Shown: piece by piece, positions 26,858-39,835 of the stretch | Numbering within the stretch: position 1 is the first letter of the stretch | Layout of the letters: each line of letters begins with the position of its first letter | Source of the DNA: Chiloscyllium plagiosum | Lineage: Eukaryota | Direction: 5' to 3' | Assembly: GCF_004010195.1 (NCBI RefSeq) | Contig: NC_057719.1 | Location: forward strand, 83,866,388-83,930,387 | Length of the DNA: 64,000 bases | Program-made: the position numbers and the translations under genes | Notes under the pieces: model-generated | What the model saw: the letters and a program-made list of their open reading frames with translations, nothing else | What the model was told of the DNA's origin: nothing | Databases searched by the model: none

Positions 26858-27042
26858 AAGTTAAAAATCACACAACACCAGGTTATAGTACAACAGGTTT
26901 ATTTGGAAGCACTACCTCCTTCATCAGGTAGCTGTGGAGCAGGACCATAAGACACAGAATTTAGAATAAAAGATTACTATAAATTCTGTCTCTTACGGTC
27001 CTGCTCCACAGCTACCCAATGAAAGAGCAGTGCTCCAAAAGC
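26858..27042. mobile_element. Non-autonomous PLE-derived fold-back element
   Basis: Inverted arms ggtagctgtggagcaggacc..aagacacagaattta and taaattctgtctctt..ggtcctgctccacagctacc, with decayed CTGATGA...GAAA motifs. Confidence 0.7.
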
Positions 27043-27099
27043 AGAAGCCTAAACATACGCACCAGCTGATTTCACAACAGTTTCTACCCTACTGTTGTT

Positions 27100-27422
27100 A
27101 GGGTATGGTGGCACAGTGGTTAGCACTGCTTCCTCACAGCGCCAGAGACCTGGGTTCAATTACGGCCTCAGGCGACTGTCTGTGTGGAGTTTGCACATTC
27201 TCCCCGTGTCTGCATGGTTTCCTCCGGGTGCTCCGGTTTCCTCCCACAGTCCAAAAATGTGCAGGTTAGGTGAATTGGTCATGCTAAATTGCCCGTAGTG
27301 TTAGGGGCAGGGATAAATGTAGGGGAATGGGTCTGGGTGGGTTGCGCTTCGGCGGGTCGGTGTGGACTTGTTGGGTCGAAGGGCCTGTTTCCACACTGTA
27401 AGTAATCTAATCTAATCTAATC
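27100..27422 (+). mobile_element. HE1 V-SINE, young (TAATC)n-tailed type
   Basis: Full head, V-domain and (taatc)n tail. Confidence 0.95.
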
Positions 27423-27949
27423 TGTGTTTTGCCTGGGTGACTTATTCGAGGGGGATATACTGATGTCTTTTGACCAGCTGGCTCGGAAATACAACTTGCC
27501 CAGTAAGGACCTCTTCTGTTTTTCTCAAATTAGAAATTTCATATAAAAAGAGACCATGGAAAAGAGTGCTGACAACACACTTTCCGTCAGCAATGTCCAT
27601 CACCTATTGGGAGAGGGCCCCTCGGACGAATCCGAACGGCTGTGTAAGATATGGGAGAGAGAGCTTGGCGTCGAGATTTCTTCTGAAGTATGGGAGGAGA
27701 TCTGGGAAAATGCAAGGGAAAATGCAAGGGAAAATGCATGGGTCCTGTCGCGATTTGCAACAGGACCCATGCCTTGCAATTGAAGATTCTCCACATGGTC
27801 CACTTGGCTCCAGACCGCCTTTCAGAATTATCTCCAATGTGTCCTAAATGTAAAATGAGTATGGGTATGCTCACTCATTGTCTCTGGTCCTGCCACAGGC
27901 TGAAAGCATACTGGAGTGCTGTGGTAGGCAAAATGGAGAGGGTCTTGTA

Positions 27950-28292
27950 GAGTTCCAAAGAATCCCTACAGTGTGGAAACAGGCCCTTCGGCCCAGCAAG
28001 TCCACACTGACTCTCTGAAGAGTTACGCACCCAGACCCATTCCCCTTACATTTACCCCTGACTAGTGCATCTAACCTACACATCCCTGAACACAATGGCA
28101 ATTCAGCATGACCAATTCACCTGACCTGCACATCTTTGGACTGTGGGAGGAAACCGGAGCACTCAGAGGAAACCCACGCAGATACTGGGAGAACGTGCAA
28201 ACTCCGCGCAGTCAGTCGCCCGAGGCTGGATTCGAACCTGGGTCCCTGGCGCAGTAGGGCAGCAGAGCTAACCACTGAGCCACTGTGCCGCC
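27950..28292 (-). mobile_element. HE1 V-SINE inserted in L1 ORF2
   Basis: Full copy; tcttgt is repeated on both sides as a likely TSD. Confidence 0.93.
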
Positions 28293-28541
28293 CTATCTTG
28301 TGGGTAGAGGTGGAGATTTCCTCTTCTTGGCCTTGATAATCCACTTGATAATGTACATAAAAAAAAGCTTTTCAGTATCCTCACTTTTTGTGCAAGAAAG
28401 GACACTCTGTGAGGGTGGGTGTCCAAAAACCCTCCTGGACTGTCGGGCTGATGTAAGCTAGTCATAGAACACATCCCTTTGGACTTCTGTATAAATATGG
28501 AGCACCATAACCTGAGAAATTTTATAAGATATGGCAGCCTT

Positions 28542-28714
28542 CAGAGAAACCTCGATTATCCATAATTTATTATCCGAATATCAGATTATCCAGCAAGATC
28601 GCAATGTCCTGATGCTTGGCTAAACTATGCTATTTGGCATTCAATTATCCAGAATTCGATTAACCAAACGAAATACTCCTGGCACCGTGTCCTTCAGATA
28701 ATAGAGGTTTTTCT
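28542..28714. mobile_element. Second copy of the Tigger-like MITE at 6020
   Basis: Colinear similarity: cagagaaacctcgattatcc...gataatagaggtttttct. Confidence 0.85.
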
Positions 28715-28910
28715 TTAATTGGGTACAGATTTGTCTGCCTTACTAATAAGGGCCTTTACATAGCCATGACAATTCTGTTTATTGAATCTGATATTCAGAG
28801 AGGGGGAACTATGGACACATGAATACGTATAAATTTATGCTCTCAATGGTTGAGGGCTTTTATTTGTTTCACTGGGCTGTATTATTATTATTATTGTGGT
28901 CATGATTCAT

Positions 28911-31900
28911 TGCTACCCATAGTTTAAAACCTGAGTCCATCATCCCCAATTGAAAACCCAACATACCAACTACAGGTGTAAAAAATGACATTTTAGCAAT
29001 ATTGTCCTCACTCTGATGCATTGTCCTCCATGCCTTAACAGTATTAATAACTATTTGGCTATGGCAATATTCCTTAACTGTCCTCATTTTGTCCAAGAAC
29101 AGCAAGCTGGTAAGGGGCATCTTGCCTGAGATGCTTCAATGTCCAACCCCATAGTGAGTGAGGGTCCCCCCAGGCCCAGTCATTTATGTAAGATAGTAAC
29201 GAGCTTAATTGATAGTTGTTGATATCTGGGAGGTCCACTCCTCCCAGTCTGTGGGGTAGTTTAGTCAGTTTAATTAGGGGTCGCTTGCGATACCAGATAG
29301 AGGAAGTGAACCAGCTGTTCAGTCTTCTAAATGTTTGCTTAGTAAAAAGCAGAGGTAGCATTCACATATGATACAGCAGGTGGGGGAGAATGTTCACTTT
29401 AATGAGAGCTCTCTGACCTAGCCAAGAGATCAGAAGCACCTTCCATTTTTGAAGGTCGTCTTTGATTCTGTCGAATAAATGAGCAAAATTGGTTTTAAAT
29501 AGCCAATCAAAGACGTGAGTAATGAACATACCTAAAGGGAAATCAAGATTCTTCCTCAGGACCAGGCATTTTCAGGAGACCACACCTGGGCATGGCCTTT
29601 GATTTTGCAAAGTTGATATTGTAACCTGAAAAACCGCCAAATGAATTAATGCATTGTATCAGAGGAGGCACTAAGACTGCTGGGTTTGATAAAAAGACAA
29701 GAGTGTCATCCGCATACAAAGCAATCTTATGTGACTTTGTCCCCACTTCTGCAGCAGATATATTGAGTCCCTACGTATTGCCTCTGCCAGCGGTTCAATC
29801 GCCAATGTGAAAGGCAATGGGGATAAGGGACAGCCCTGACAACTGCCCTAGGGAACACTGAAATTGCTTGACCACACACCATTGGTGAGAACCATGGCAA
29901 GAGGGTCACTAAAAAAACCTTTACCTATCTGATAAAGACCTCACCCAATCCAAACCGCTTTAAAGTATAAAAAAGGTATGACCACTCAACTCACATCTAC
30001 AGAGATCACTAATCCCTGTACCGATCGTTGACATACTGGGATCATGTTAAGTAACCTCCTGACATTATTCAATGATCTGCGACCTTTTATAAAATCCGTC
30101 TGATCCTCCTTAATGATGGAGGGCAGCATGGTTTCTAGTCTTAGTGCAAGAGTCTTCAATAGGATTTTGAAATTGCCATTCAGGAGTGAGATGGGCCTGC
30201 AGGAAGCACAGTCCTCCAGGGCCCTCCCTTTTTTAAGGATAAGAGAGATGTTTGCCTCTCTTAAAGATGGCGGGAGGAGGCCACGACTGTGAGAGTTAAA
30301 CATACTAAGCATCGGTCCTGACAGTATACTTATAAATTCCTTGTAAAACTCACTGGGAAGTCCATCAGGACCAGGTGCCTTTCCATTCTGAAGCTGCCTC
30401 TCAGCCATCTGCACCTGTGTTTCAAGCAAGTATTGTTGCTCACCTTTCTGCAGTTTCTTACTGGCAGAATAGGAAATAACAAACCCCCCTAGAAAACGCT
30501 TTAGCAGTTTCCCAGAGAATGGATGGATTACGGTCTCAAAAAGCCCTGAATTCAGTAGAAAAGAATTCAGTAAACTTGCTATCCTCAAGGATGAAGGCAG
30601 GCAGTCGCCAATGCCTCGAACCTACCATAATGTCCTTACTCTTGACTGATAGATACACTGGAATGTGATCAGTAATAACGATATTGCCAATTGTACGTGA
30701 CAACACCGAAACAAAAGCACTGTGGGAGTCAAAAAGAGATTAATCCTGGTATGGCATTTGCACGGCTTCGAGAAAAACATAAAATCCCAGCCAATTGGGT
30801 GAAGGTGCCTCCAAACATCTACCAGTCCGAGTTCAACACACAAATCCCTTAATTGCTTAGATCGTGAAGAAGATATCGGCAATCCGTCCAATGTAGGACC
30901 TATTAGACAATTTAAATCCTCCCCTGAGATGCAAAGTTAACCAATTTAGAAAGTGTGTCTATCAAGGGGGGTGAGCCGGGGGACAATAAACATTTAAGAT
31001 CCCATATTCTTGCCCATTTATCAAAGCTTTAAGGATTACAAATCTCCCGTGTATGCCTTTAATACACTCGAACAACTTAAATGGGAGATTCTTTCTCACA
31101 AGTATAGCTATCCCCCTACTCCTAGTATTGAAAGATGAGAAATAAACCCAGTCATACCCATTCTGTTTCAAATGCTCTGCATCATCTCGGTGTGTTTCTT
31201 GCAATAAGGCAACATCCAGCCTCTCCCTTTTAAAACTGGAGAGTACCTTCTTCCTCTTGACCTGTGAGTGACTCCCCTTAATGCTCCAGGTACACCACTT
31301 GAATACATTTTTAAACATAACCTTCTGGAGCACCATTTACTCTCCAGAGAGGAAGAACTCGAACAGCGAATCACTGAGCTTCAGTACAAGGAAGTCCACA
31401 AAGCACAGAAACTACATAAACGAAATCAGCAACAACCAACAAATCTACAAAACTTGCAAAAACTATGTACACCAAAAACAGAAAAGCAAAAAAGCGCTTA
31501 AAGTACTGATTAGAGGAACTTACCACCGGCCCCCCAACACATCCTACAACCCTACTAACCATCCCAACCACCCTCTTAACTCCTACTAGCTAGGGTCACA
31601 CCACAAACACAGGCAACCCCAGGATACAGTAGCAAAAAAAAGTAAGAAAAATCAAGATTAGTAATATACAAAAGTTAAAAGTGAATACATCCCTTGATAT
31701 AACTTTACTTAGAAATTAAAGGTAAATACTATATCGATCCTGAGCGTAACTTAACACAACTTATTACCAATAAAAGGAGACTCCACTAAGTCCTCTCTGA
31801 AGGACAAACCTGAACAATTCTGCTATCTGTGCCTATTCAATCGTCCGGCTTAAGTCAGCATGTCCACAAAGTTCCTTGCTTTCTCTAGCATGTAAAATAA

Positions 31901-32849
31901 ATGTACAGATCGATTATGATTAATCCAAAGCACCGCTGGATACCTTCGAGAGGACTGGATCCCAAGCTTTCTCAATCTCTTCTTGATGCCATCGTAGGAC
32001 TTCCTCTTCCAGATCACCGCCGCTGAAAAGTCTTGGAAATACATGACCCTGGAGCCCTTGCACACCAATGCCCTCGACTCCTCCCCTTGGGCTCTGGAAG
32101 CTTCCATGACACACTGTTTGTCTTTGTAATGATGGAACCATACCAGGACAGGGCGAGGGCACTGGTCCGTTCCTGGCCTCTGTGCCATGACCTGATGGGC
32201 TCTCTCAATCTTTATCCTTTGCTTTTCAGCCTCCAAACTAAGGAATTCTGGGGACCATTTCTCAAAGAAATCCACTGGACACTCACCTTCCATCCCCTCC
32301 AGCATACCAACAGCACAAAGAATCTTTCTTCTGCCCCTGTTCTCAAGGTCGTCGACCAGATCCAGCAAACCACGGACCTGTGTTTCCAGGGCTTCAATCC
32401 AACTCTTGGATGAATCAGCCTCAGCTTCCACCCGTGACCCTGCGTTCAAGCTCATCAGTCCTTTTCCCTAGGTCTTCCTACTGCTGTTCATACTTTTGCA
32501 GCATAGCTGAGACTGGGGCCAGCCTTTCCTCGATTTTTTGCCTTCAATCTGCTTCCCCAGGACCTCGCGAGATTTGGTGAGCTCCTCAACAAAGGCCTGG
32601 TGAGTAAGCAAGCCCGCCGCAGCCACAGTGGGTTGGGCAGAGGACCCAGCCCCAGCTGAACTTCCTACTTTCTTCAGCATTTTCCTGCCGCAAAAACTAA
32701 GGTAAGTGAATTTTCAAGTTCTGTAGCTCTTTTACTGTTTTTTTCTTCACAGTAACATGGATGGGATGTGTTCTAGCTCTGTCCTGCCTATGCTGTGGCA
32801 TGAAGCCCAGAGATGTGATCCTCATAGGTCGCCGCCAAGTTGGATCCCC
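28911..32849 (-). mobile_element. L1-clade LINE: 5'UTR, ORF1 (~32690-31850), spacer and ORF2 (APE + RT), disrupted
   Basis: ORF1 has DDLENRGRRK, IERAH, PRPVLV.F, FQDFS and YPA. ORF2 has DVALLQETH, GRFVIL, NVYCP, GKAPGPDG, RPISLLN, DQT.FIKGR, LYADD and GGVDLP. There are frameshifts and an internal deletion near 30400. Confidence 0.93.
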
Positions 32850-33018
32850 AATTGCTGAGAGATTTTTAACTTTGTCCACTCCAGTCCAACACCGGCTCCT
32901 CCACATCACACTCTCTCAAGGCTACCCTTGGCAATTTGATTAATCCAGTTTCCACTACCAATCTCAATGCCATTTGGAACATTCACCATGACAACCCAAT
33001 GTTCTACCATCTACTTGT

Positions 33019-33307
33019 GGGCGGTATGGTGGCTCAGTGGTTAGCTGCCAGGGACCTGGGTTCAATTCCCACCTCGGGTGACAGCCTGTATGAAGTTTGC
33101 ACATTATACCCGTGTCTGTGGGGGTTTCCTCCCACAATCCAAAAGATGTGCAGATCAGGTGAATTGGCCATGCTAAATTTCCGGTAGTGTTAGATGCATT
33201 AGTCAGGGGTAAATATAGGTTAGGGGACTAGGTCTGGGTGGGCTACTCTTCGGAGGGTCAGTGTAGACTTGTTGGGCCAAAGGACCTGTTTCCCTAGTGT
33301 AGGGAAC
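33019..33307 (+). mobile_element. HE1 V-SINE with small deletions
   Basis: Head, V-domain and tail present. Confidence 0.88.
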
Positions 33308-33803
33308 CCAAGCTACTCTTCACAAACAATTCAGAGACTAATTCACGTATAAGTTTTGGACACACTTCTAATCCTGAATCTGTTATCTCACTCTTATCGT
33401 TAACTCAAGAAAGCCCTGTTTAAATTGTCTCCTTTTAAAGCAAATGCAATCAGGTCTGGGAGAAAAGGAGGGGAAGCACTTTCAAATGAATCACGTTGCA
33501 ACCAGCCAAAGGGTGGCTAAATTAACAAATGGAGCCAGTTCATCCCCATACACTGAAAAGCTTAATAATTTGGAGTATCCAATCTAGGACTGGAATGATT
33601 TGAGGAACCTCACCCAGGGACTGGTTGGAGCATTATTCTTAAAGCAGGATTTTGGGGCTGCCCAGTCTCAACACCTTTTTTTTTCACTCTGCAGAGACCA
33701 ACAAAGTCACTGAGGAGGGCATCTAAGTGTTGAACAACTACTGGCTAGAATTGATGGCTCCTATCATACTGCTCCCTATAGCCTGTGGTGATACCCACAC
33801 GGT

Positions 33804-34123
33804 GGGCGGCACGGTGGCACAGTGGTTAGCACTGCTGCCTCACAGCGCCAGAGACCCGGGTTCAATTCCCGCCTCCGGCGACTCCCCGTGTCTGCGTGGG
33901 TTTCCTCCAGGTGCTCTGGTTTCCTCCCACAGTCCAAAAATGTGCAGGTTAGGTGAATTGGCCATGCTAAATTGCCCGTAGTGTTAGGTGAAGGGGTAAA
34001 TGTAGGGGAATGGGTCTGGGTGGGTTACGCTTCGGCAGGTCGGTGTGGACTTGTTGGGCCGAAGGGCCTGCTTCCACACTGTAAGTAATCTAATCTAATC
34101 TAATCTAATCTAATCTAATCTAA
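33804..34123 (+). mobile_element. HE1 V-SINE, young, with a long (TAATC)n tail
   Basis: Near-consensus copy with a ~25-bp deletion at the start of the V-domain. Confidence 0.95.
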
Positions 34124-35169
34124 TACCGAAGGCCAAAGGTTAACTGATTTGCTAGTTATAGTTAAGGAGACCCTGCTAAATGTTTATCACATTGAGTAAG
34201 ATGAAATCTAGAATTATGAAGCAGGGTCAAGGACCCAGATGTCCTACCCTTATTTCTGTTCTCATTACATTAGTCTACTTCTCAATTTTGTTTTGTGTGC
34301 ATCAAAGTTAAGGATGTCAGTGCTGAGAAATGCATCATTTTATTTATTCATTTTTAAAACAAAAATCTGGCAGGTCCTAGCACTTATTGCCACCTACAAT
34401 TGCCCTTGAAACTGATAGTGGGTCAAGTTCTTAAACTGCTGGAGTCTGTATGAGAAGAAGCTCCCACAGTGTTACGAGGGGCGGCACAGGTTAGCCATCA
34501 GATACAGCCCTCCTAACCCATCACCTCACTCCATCAGCCCATAATGTATCAGTGCAGCAGAAAATCAAAATTGAGGTGCTGCCAGGTTTGGGGTCAATTT
34601 AGGTCAACAATGATGAACAAACCAAACGGTGCGAATTCAGCTACAAGCAACAGATTGTAGGTGAGCTCAAGTTTCTGAATAGGAGAAGGTGGAAGGCTAG
34701 CCACACCTATGTTGAAATTGTCAAGTACAAAAGCACAGATTAGGGTTTGAGTAAGTTTTATGATGGGGTTTGCTGTGCATGCAAAATTTGTGCAGAAAGT
34801 CTTAGTGCATCTGGCAGGCAGAGAGAAAACATCTGTTAGAATCAGACTGCCTCTTCTGCTCACCATGCTGTACAAACTTCTTTCATGATAGCCCATTTCC
34901 TTTACTGACGAGTGTTCTGTCTCATTTACCACAATACTATCTTCTGGCAATCTAAACTTCTACAGAGAAGAAAGTCGGCAGATATTGCCTGTCAGAATCT
35001 GTACCAGTGCCATTTCACAGCAGCCTGGCAACTTCAACATACTTTTTACGAGAGTCCAGCACCCTCTAATGGGGCTCTACATCACTTGATATGAGGATAC
35101 TCTGCATTGACAATGCAACTTAAGTGACTTTACAGAAAAAAATGTAAAACAATGCACATATTTTTAATT

Positions 35170-35565
35170 GGAGGTTACAGAGGTACAATCCGCGATTGAA
35201 AGTTAAAACGAGAGATACAGGACAGGATTGAGGTCACAGAGACAGTTACAGACTGGGACTGGAGGTTACAGATATAGTTACAGACAGGTTTGGAGGTTAC
35301 AGAGAGTTTACTGCACATTACAGATTGTTATATTCGGGACCAGAAGGTAGGAAAACAAAACTACAGACTGGGCCATCAGGTTACAGAGACAGTTTACTGC
35401 AGATTGTAGAGACAGTTACATTAGGGGCTAGAAGTTATAAAGGCAGTTACAGACTGGGACACCAGTTTACAAAGATGGTTAGATAGGTTTGGAGGTTACA
35501 GAGACAGTTACGGACACGGTTGGACATTACAGAAGCAGTTATAGAATGGGACTTGAGGTTACAGA
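35170..35565 (+). repeat. Degenerate ~32-bp tandem repeat
   Basis: Recurrent ggaggttacagagacagttacagactgggact. Confidence 0.75.
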
Positions 35566-35627
35566 ATCAGATGCAGGTTGATGCCAGAGACTGCAGCCTA
35601 GTTATGGAACAACGATGTAGCTGAAAT

Positions 35628-35956
35628 CCCCAGAGTGACAGGACGTGGGGTGTATCAGTAATCCTCAGAGTGACAGGACGTGGGGCTTATCAGTGGTCCC
35701 CAGAGTGACAGGATGTGAGATGTATCTGTGTTCCCCAGGATGACAGTACGTGGGGAGTATCGGTGATCCCCAGAGTGACAGGATGAGGGATGTATCTGTG
35801 TTCCCCAGAGTGACAGGACGTGGGGAGTATCGGTGATCCCCAGAATGACAGAATGAGGGGTGTATCTGTGTTCCCCAGAGTGACAGGATGTGGGGAGTAT
35901 CGGTGATCCCCAGAGTGACAGGATGAGGGGTGTATCAGTGATTCCCAGAGTGACAA
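35628..35956 (+). repeat. 35-bp minisatellite, ~9.4 copies
   Basis: Unit ccccagagtgacaggacgtggggagtatcggtgat, with alternating variants. Confidence 0.95.
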
Positions 35957-36059
35957 CTGGGAATGTTGGCACACAGAGTTTCCAGCAACAAGAAGCCAAA
36001 GATTCTGTTGATGGTCAGCCTCTTACTGAAGGCAGCTGAAAGCTAATAGGTGTATGCTG

Positions 36060-36790
36060 GTCCTGCAATTCAACTTTCTTTCAAAGTTCTTTAACATGCA
36101 GCTGCATCCCAAATTCATATGCACCTTTCCCAGAACCCTACATTCAAATCACTCCAACCAGGTTTTGTCTCCTGTCACTATACTGAAACTGCATCTATCA
36201 AACTTACAAATTACATCTTATGTGACTGTGACAAAGCCAAGTTTTACCTCACTTCCTTTCTCAACCTTTCTGTTCCTTTCAGCATATGTGAGCATACCAT
36301 TCTCCTCTAATATCCCCCCACCGTGCTCCAGTCAAACGAGATTCCTTTCACCTGTTTCCATTTTTAACCGTCTAATCATTACTGGAGAATCCCTTGCAAT
36401 GGCTTTTCATCCAGCTCCCACAGCATTCCTAGTGGCATCTCTCAAACATCTACTCTAGGTCCCTCACATTTATCATCCATAGACTCATCAGTTACCACAT
36501 GATGTGCATAACACCTAGTGCAGATATCTGCCTCATCATTGTGTCTGACTTTAATCACTTCCCAAATGATGACTGTGTCTTCAGTTGCTGTGGCTCCAAG
36601 CTTTGGATCATCCTCTAACATATCTCTGTCTGACTACCTCTCTTTCTTTCTTTAATACACTCCTTAAAATCATCCTCTTTGACTAAGTCTTTGGTCATCT
36701 GACGTAACATTGCCTTACGAGGCTCAGTTTTAAAAAAATATAACAAAGGGATGTTTTCTTACATGACAGGTGCTATGTTAGTACTGGTTG
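36060..36790 (+). mobile_element. Degraded L2-clade LINE (RT fragment plus 3' end)
   Basis: LQPGFVSCHYTETASIKLTNYILCDCDK...LNLS..F...EHTILL is the L2 RT 'HSTETAL' block. Confidence 0.75.
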
Positions 36791-37647
36791 TTTTTGTGTT
36801 GCAGCTCTGTGAAGACTGATAACTTGGTCCGACTGCAAATGGAACAACATTGACTTCTGACAGCTGCCCCTGTCAAAACCTCTTTGAATGCCAACTTTCC
36901 AGCGGCAATCCAGCATGAGGATACCAGACCAATAAACCCTGCAAAGGACTGATTATCTGACTGGATGAGGCCTCATCAGGAGTAGTTGAAAGATTTACAC
37001 TGACCAGCCTCATGTTTCTTTCTCCAGCATTTACAGGTTTCTTCATGGCTCTGATGCAGCTTGCAATGCAAATTAGCCTCCACGCTTCAGCTCACTATAA
37101 GATCCCTAACTGTTGGAGATCAAGCTGCATTCCTCTAGGGATGGAGTTGAACATTTTTTAAAAATGCCACACTTAACCACAGAAACATTAAAAATAAACC
37201 TCTGGGCTCCGACCAAACTGTTCCTGAACACACCCTGAAACCAACCCAGGCAAGCTAACTAACTTGGAGGACAATGTATTGAACTGCTGAAGATCGAAGA
37301 CAAGACTGGTCAGATAGGAAGCAAGGAGGAAGAGGTCTCAACATTCACAGCTCTCAGAGATTACAATGACCACACTCCAGCCCAAAGAATGCAGGAGCAC
37401 AGAACACAAAGAGTCATCACTCTTAGTCTGAAATAGAGCAAACCATGGTAGATGGAAGGGAGGAAGCCACACAGTAGTTACATAACTTTCTTTACATGTG
37501 CCACTTTTCTATGATCGCCTCCGCCCTCAACAGTTTCCTCCTAAATGTGCTGACTGTGGTTGGGCAGGGGGTGGCCAGGTGTTCATTCTCCCCTTGTGAA
37601 TTACAGTATTAATGCTAATTTGAAAATCTGGCTTCCAGACTGGGTCT

Positions 37648-37750
37648 GTTCTGAAGAAGGGTCTGTGGAGCTGAAACTTTAATTCTGCTTTCCCTCCACA
37701 GATGCTGCCAGACATGCTAAGTTTCTCCAGCAATTTCTGATTTTGTTTCA
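37648..37750 (+). mobile_element. PLE terminal fragment with a decayed hammerhead motif
   Basis: ttCTGAAGAagggtc...ctGAAAc followed by ctccacagatgctgccagac..gctaagtttctccagca. Confidence 0.65.
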
Positions 37751-38531
37751 ATGAAGCAATCTTAACCCGTTCAAGGGTGGGCCCCTGCTGAGTACGTTGT
37801 ACATCACTGAACAGGTTTGATTAAATGCTCCTTCACCTCGCATCCATCATTCAAGGTTAGTAAAAGCGGCATTTTGACACCAATGTTGTTGCAAAGTTGC
37901 ATATCTCCTGAATCGACCGAATTAACACAGAGGCCAGCATTGTTTAATTGGTGTCAAATCATCGCTCAGCTTTCAAAACAATACCAGCCACCTTTCAGAA
38001 AGTGTATCCAACCTCTTTTACTGGGAACATGGGCATTGATTAGGGCTGCCTCTTTATTCTCACCACAGCCTCCAACATGCATATATTATTATATCCACCT
38101 CTTACACAACGGGAGCTGGCATTGAGCATTGGACAAGTCAGAGGTTCGAAGATCACTGGCATTTTACCTGACAGATGCTGTTGGATTTCAGAAGTTCAAC
38201 GGTATAGGGTATTTGGATTCAGGATATCAGATGCCAGTCTAACCGTGCTGTAGTTTTAAAATTTGGCCAACTAATGGAAACGTCTCAATAAGAAACCTTC
38301 AGAGTAACCAAATCAGCTACAGTGATTTGCATTTAATAAGCGGCTTTGATGTAGTAATATGTCACAAGGGATAGTTGAATGTGAAAGGTTACTGAATTTA
38401 TTATTAACTCAGTGGCCTTATACAGTGAGTTTGGGACAATTCATCCCATGGACAATCACCAGGACAATTACAGATCACCAAGTTTATCCCATTCCATAAA
38501 TTGTTGCTGGGATCAGTTATTCCTTCAGTCA

Positions 38532-39031
38532 NNNNNNNNNNNNNNNNNNNNNNNNNNNNNNNNNNNNNNNNNNNNNNNNNNNNNNNNNNNNNNNNNNNNN
38601 NNNNNNNNNNNNNNNNNNNNNNNNNNNNNNNNNNNNNNNNNNNNNNNNNNNNNNNNNNNNNNNNNNNNNNNNNNNNNNNNNNNNNNNNNNNNNNNNNNNN
38701 NNNNNNNNNNNNNNNNNNNNNNNNNNNNNNNNNNNNNNNNNNNNNNNNNNNNNNNNNNNNNNNNNNNNNNNNNNNNNNNNNNNNNNNNNNNNNNNNNNNN
38801 NNNNNNNNNNNNNNNNNNNNNNNNNNNNNNNNNNNNNNNNNNNNNNNNNNNNNNNNNNNNNNNNNNNNNNNNNNNNNNNNNNNNNNNNNNNNNNNNNNNN
38901 NNNNNNNNNNNNNNNNNNNNNNNNNNNNNNNNNNNNNNNNNNNNNNNNNNNNNNNNNNNNNNNNNNNNNNNNNNNNNNNNNNNNNNNNNNNNNNNNNNNN
39001 NNNNNNNNNNNNNNNNNNNNNNNNNNNNNNN
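38532..39031. other. Assembly gap (500 N)
   Basis: Run of N of round length, probably a scaffold join of unknown size. Confidence 0.99.
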
Positions 39032-39420
39032 AGATTAATCCCCGCAAAGGCAGGATTGTCTTATGAGGGGAGATTGGGGAAACTGGGGTCGAGAGTCTCT
39101 AGAATTTCTAAGAATGAAAAGTGATCTAAGGATTCACTGAGGGCATGTGCATGGATATCGATAGAATGTATGATGTCAGCATTAAACACAGGCCATCTAA
39201 GTTTGAGATGAGGAAAATTTATTCACTTTGAGATCTGTGAAAGCTCAATCATCGAGCAGGGTGAGGACAGAAATTGATCGGTTTTTGAGCACTAATGATA
39301 TCGAGGGGTATAGAGATAAAGTGGGATAATGGCATTGAGGAGATGATCGGCCATGATTTATAATGATGGGGCAGACTCAATGAACAGAATGGCCTTGCTT
39401 CTGTCCCTATGATTAGGTTG
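39032..39420 (+). mobile_element. Degraded CR1 3' end
   Basis: RLIP..GLSYEGRLGKLG followed by the 3'UTR. Confidence 0.75.
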
Positions 39421-39835
39421 GGTGGCTGTTTCCTGGCTAAAGAAGACATGATAGGCTAAATTGTATCATTTTGTGCCATAAACCCTCCACGATGCTGTGT
39501 TTCTAAGTACAGGAGCTAGCAATGATATACACATAGTTGTACAGCACTGGACAGGAGTGAAATGAATGAAGAAACTTTCTGAAATGAAACAATAAAGTGC
39601 AAGCAGGTAATTCAACAAGAGTCTTCTCCTGTAAAACTCTGGGTGCCCATAAATCTCTCACCAACACATCAAGTCAATACAAACTGAGAAGTGTCTCATG
39701 AGCACGGCCTGTCTAATGTAACCAGCCTAAGGCCTATATTTGTGTGCCTTTTTATGCAAACAGGTAAAATAATTCATCAGCTTTGGAAGCCAAGTACACA
39801 CAGCAGGAACACACAAGGTTATAAAACTCTCTTTT

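Larger units (their letters stand above)
27423..28895 (+). mobile_element. Inverted 3' segment of the L1 (ORF2 C-terminus with CCHC motif, plus 3'UTR)
   Basis: VFCLGDLFEGDILMSFDQLARKYNL...WERELGVEISSEVWEEIW...LQLKILH...CPKCK....LTHCLWSC..L..YW. It continues after the SINE and MITE insertions and ends in (TAT)n. Confidence 0.85.

Noticed and set aside
27423..32849. Twin-priming as the cause of the L1 inversion
   Set aside because: The segments are convergent with the 3' tail internal, the opposite of twin-priming geometry.
33804..33880. tRNA-like A/B boxes here and in other copies
   Set aside because: These are SINE heads followed by a V-domain and LINE tail, not tRNA genes.
35628..35956. 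Regular 35-bp repeats resembling a CRISPR array or a repeat protein (ORFs 35655-35999)
   Set aside because: Head-to-tail units with no unique spacers, no cas genes and a vertebrate context; this is a minisatellite.
38412..39124. Long ORFs across the N gap (also 47351-48221)
   Set aside because: Artefacts of translating N.
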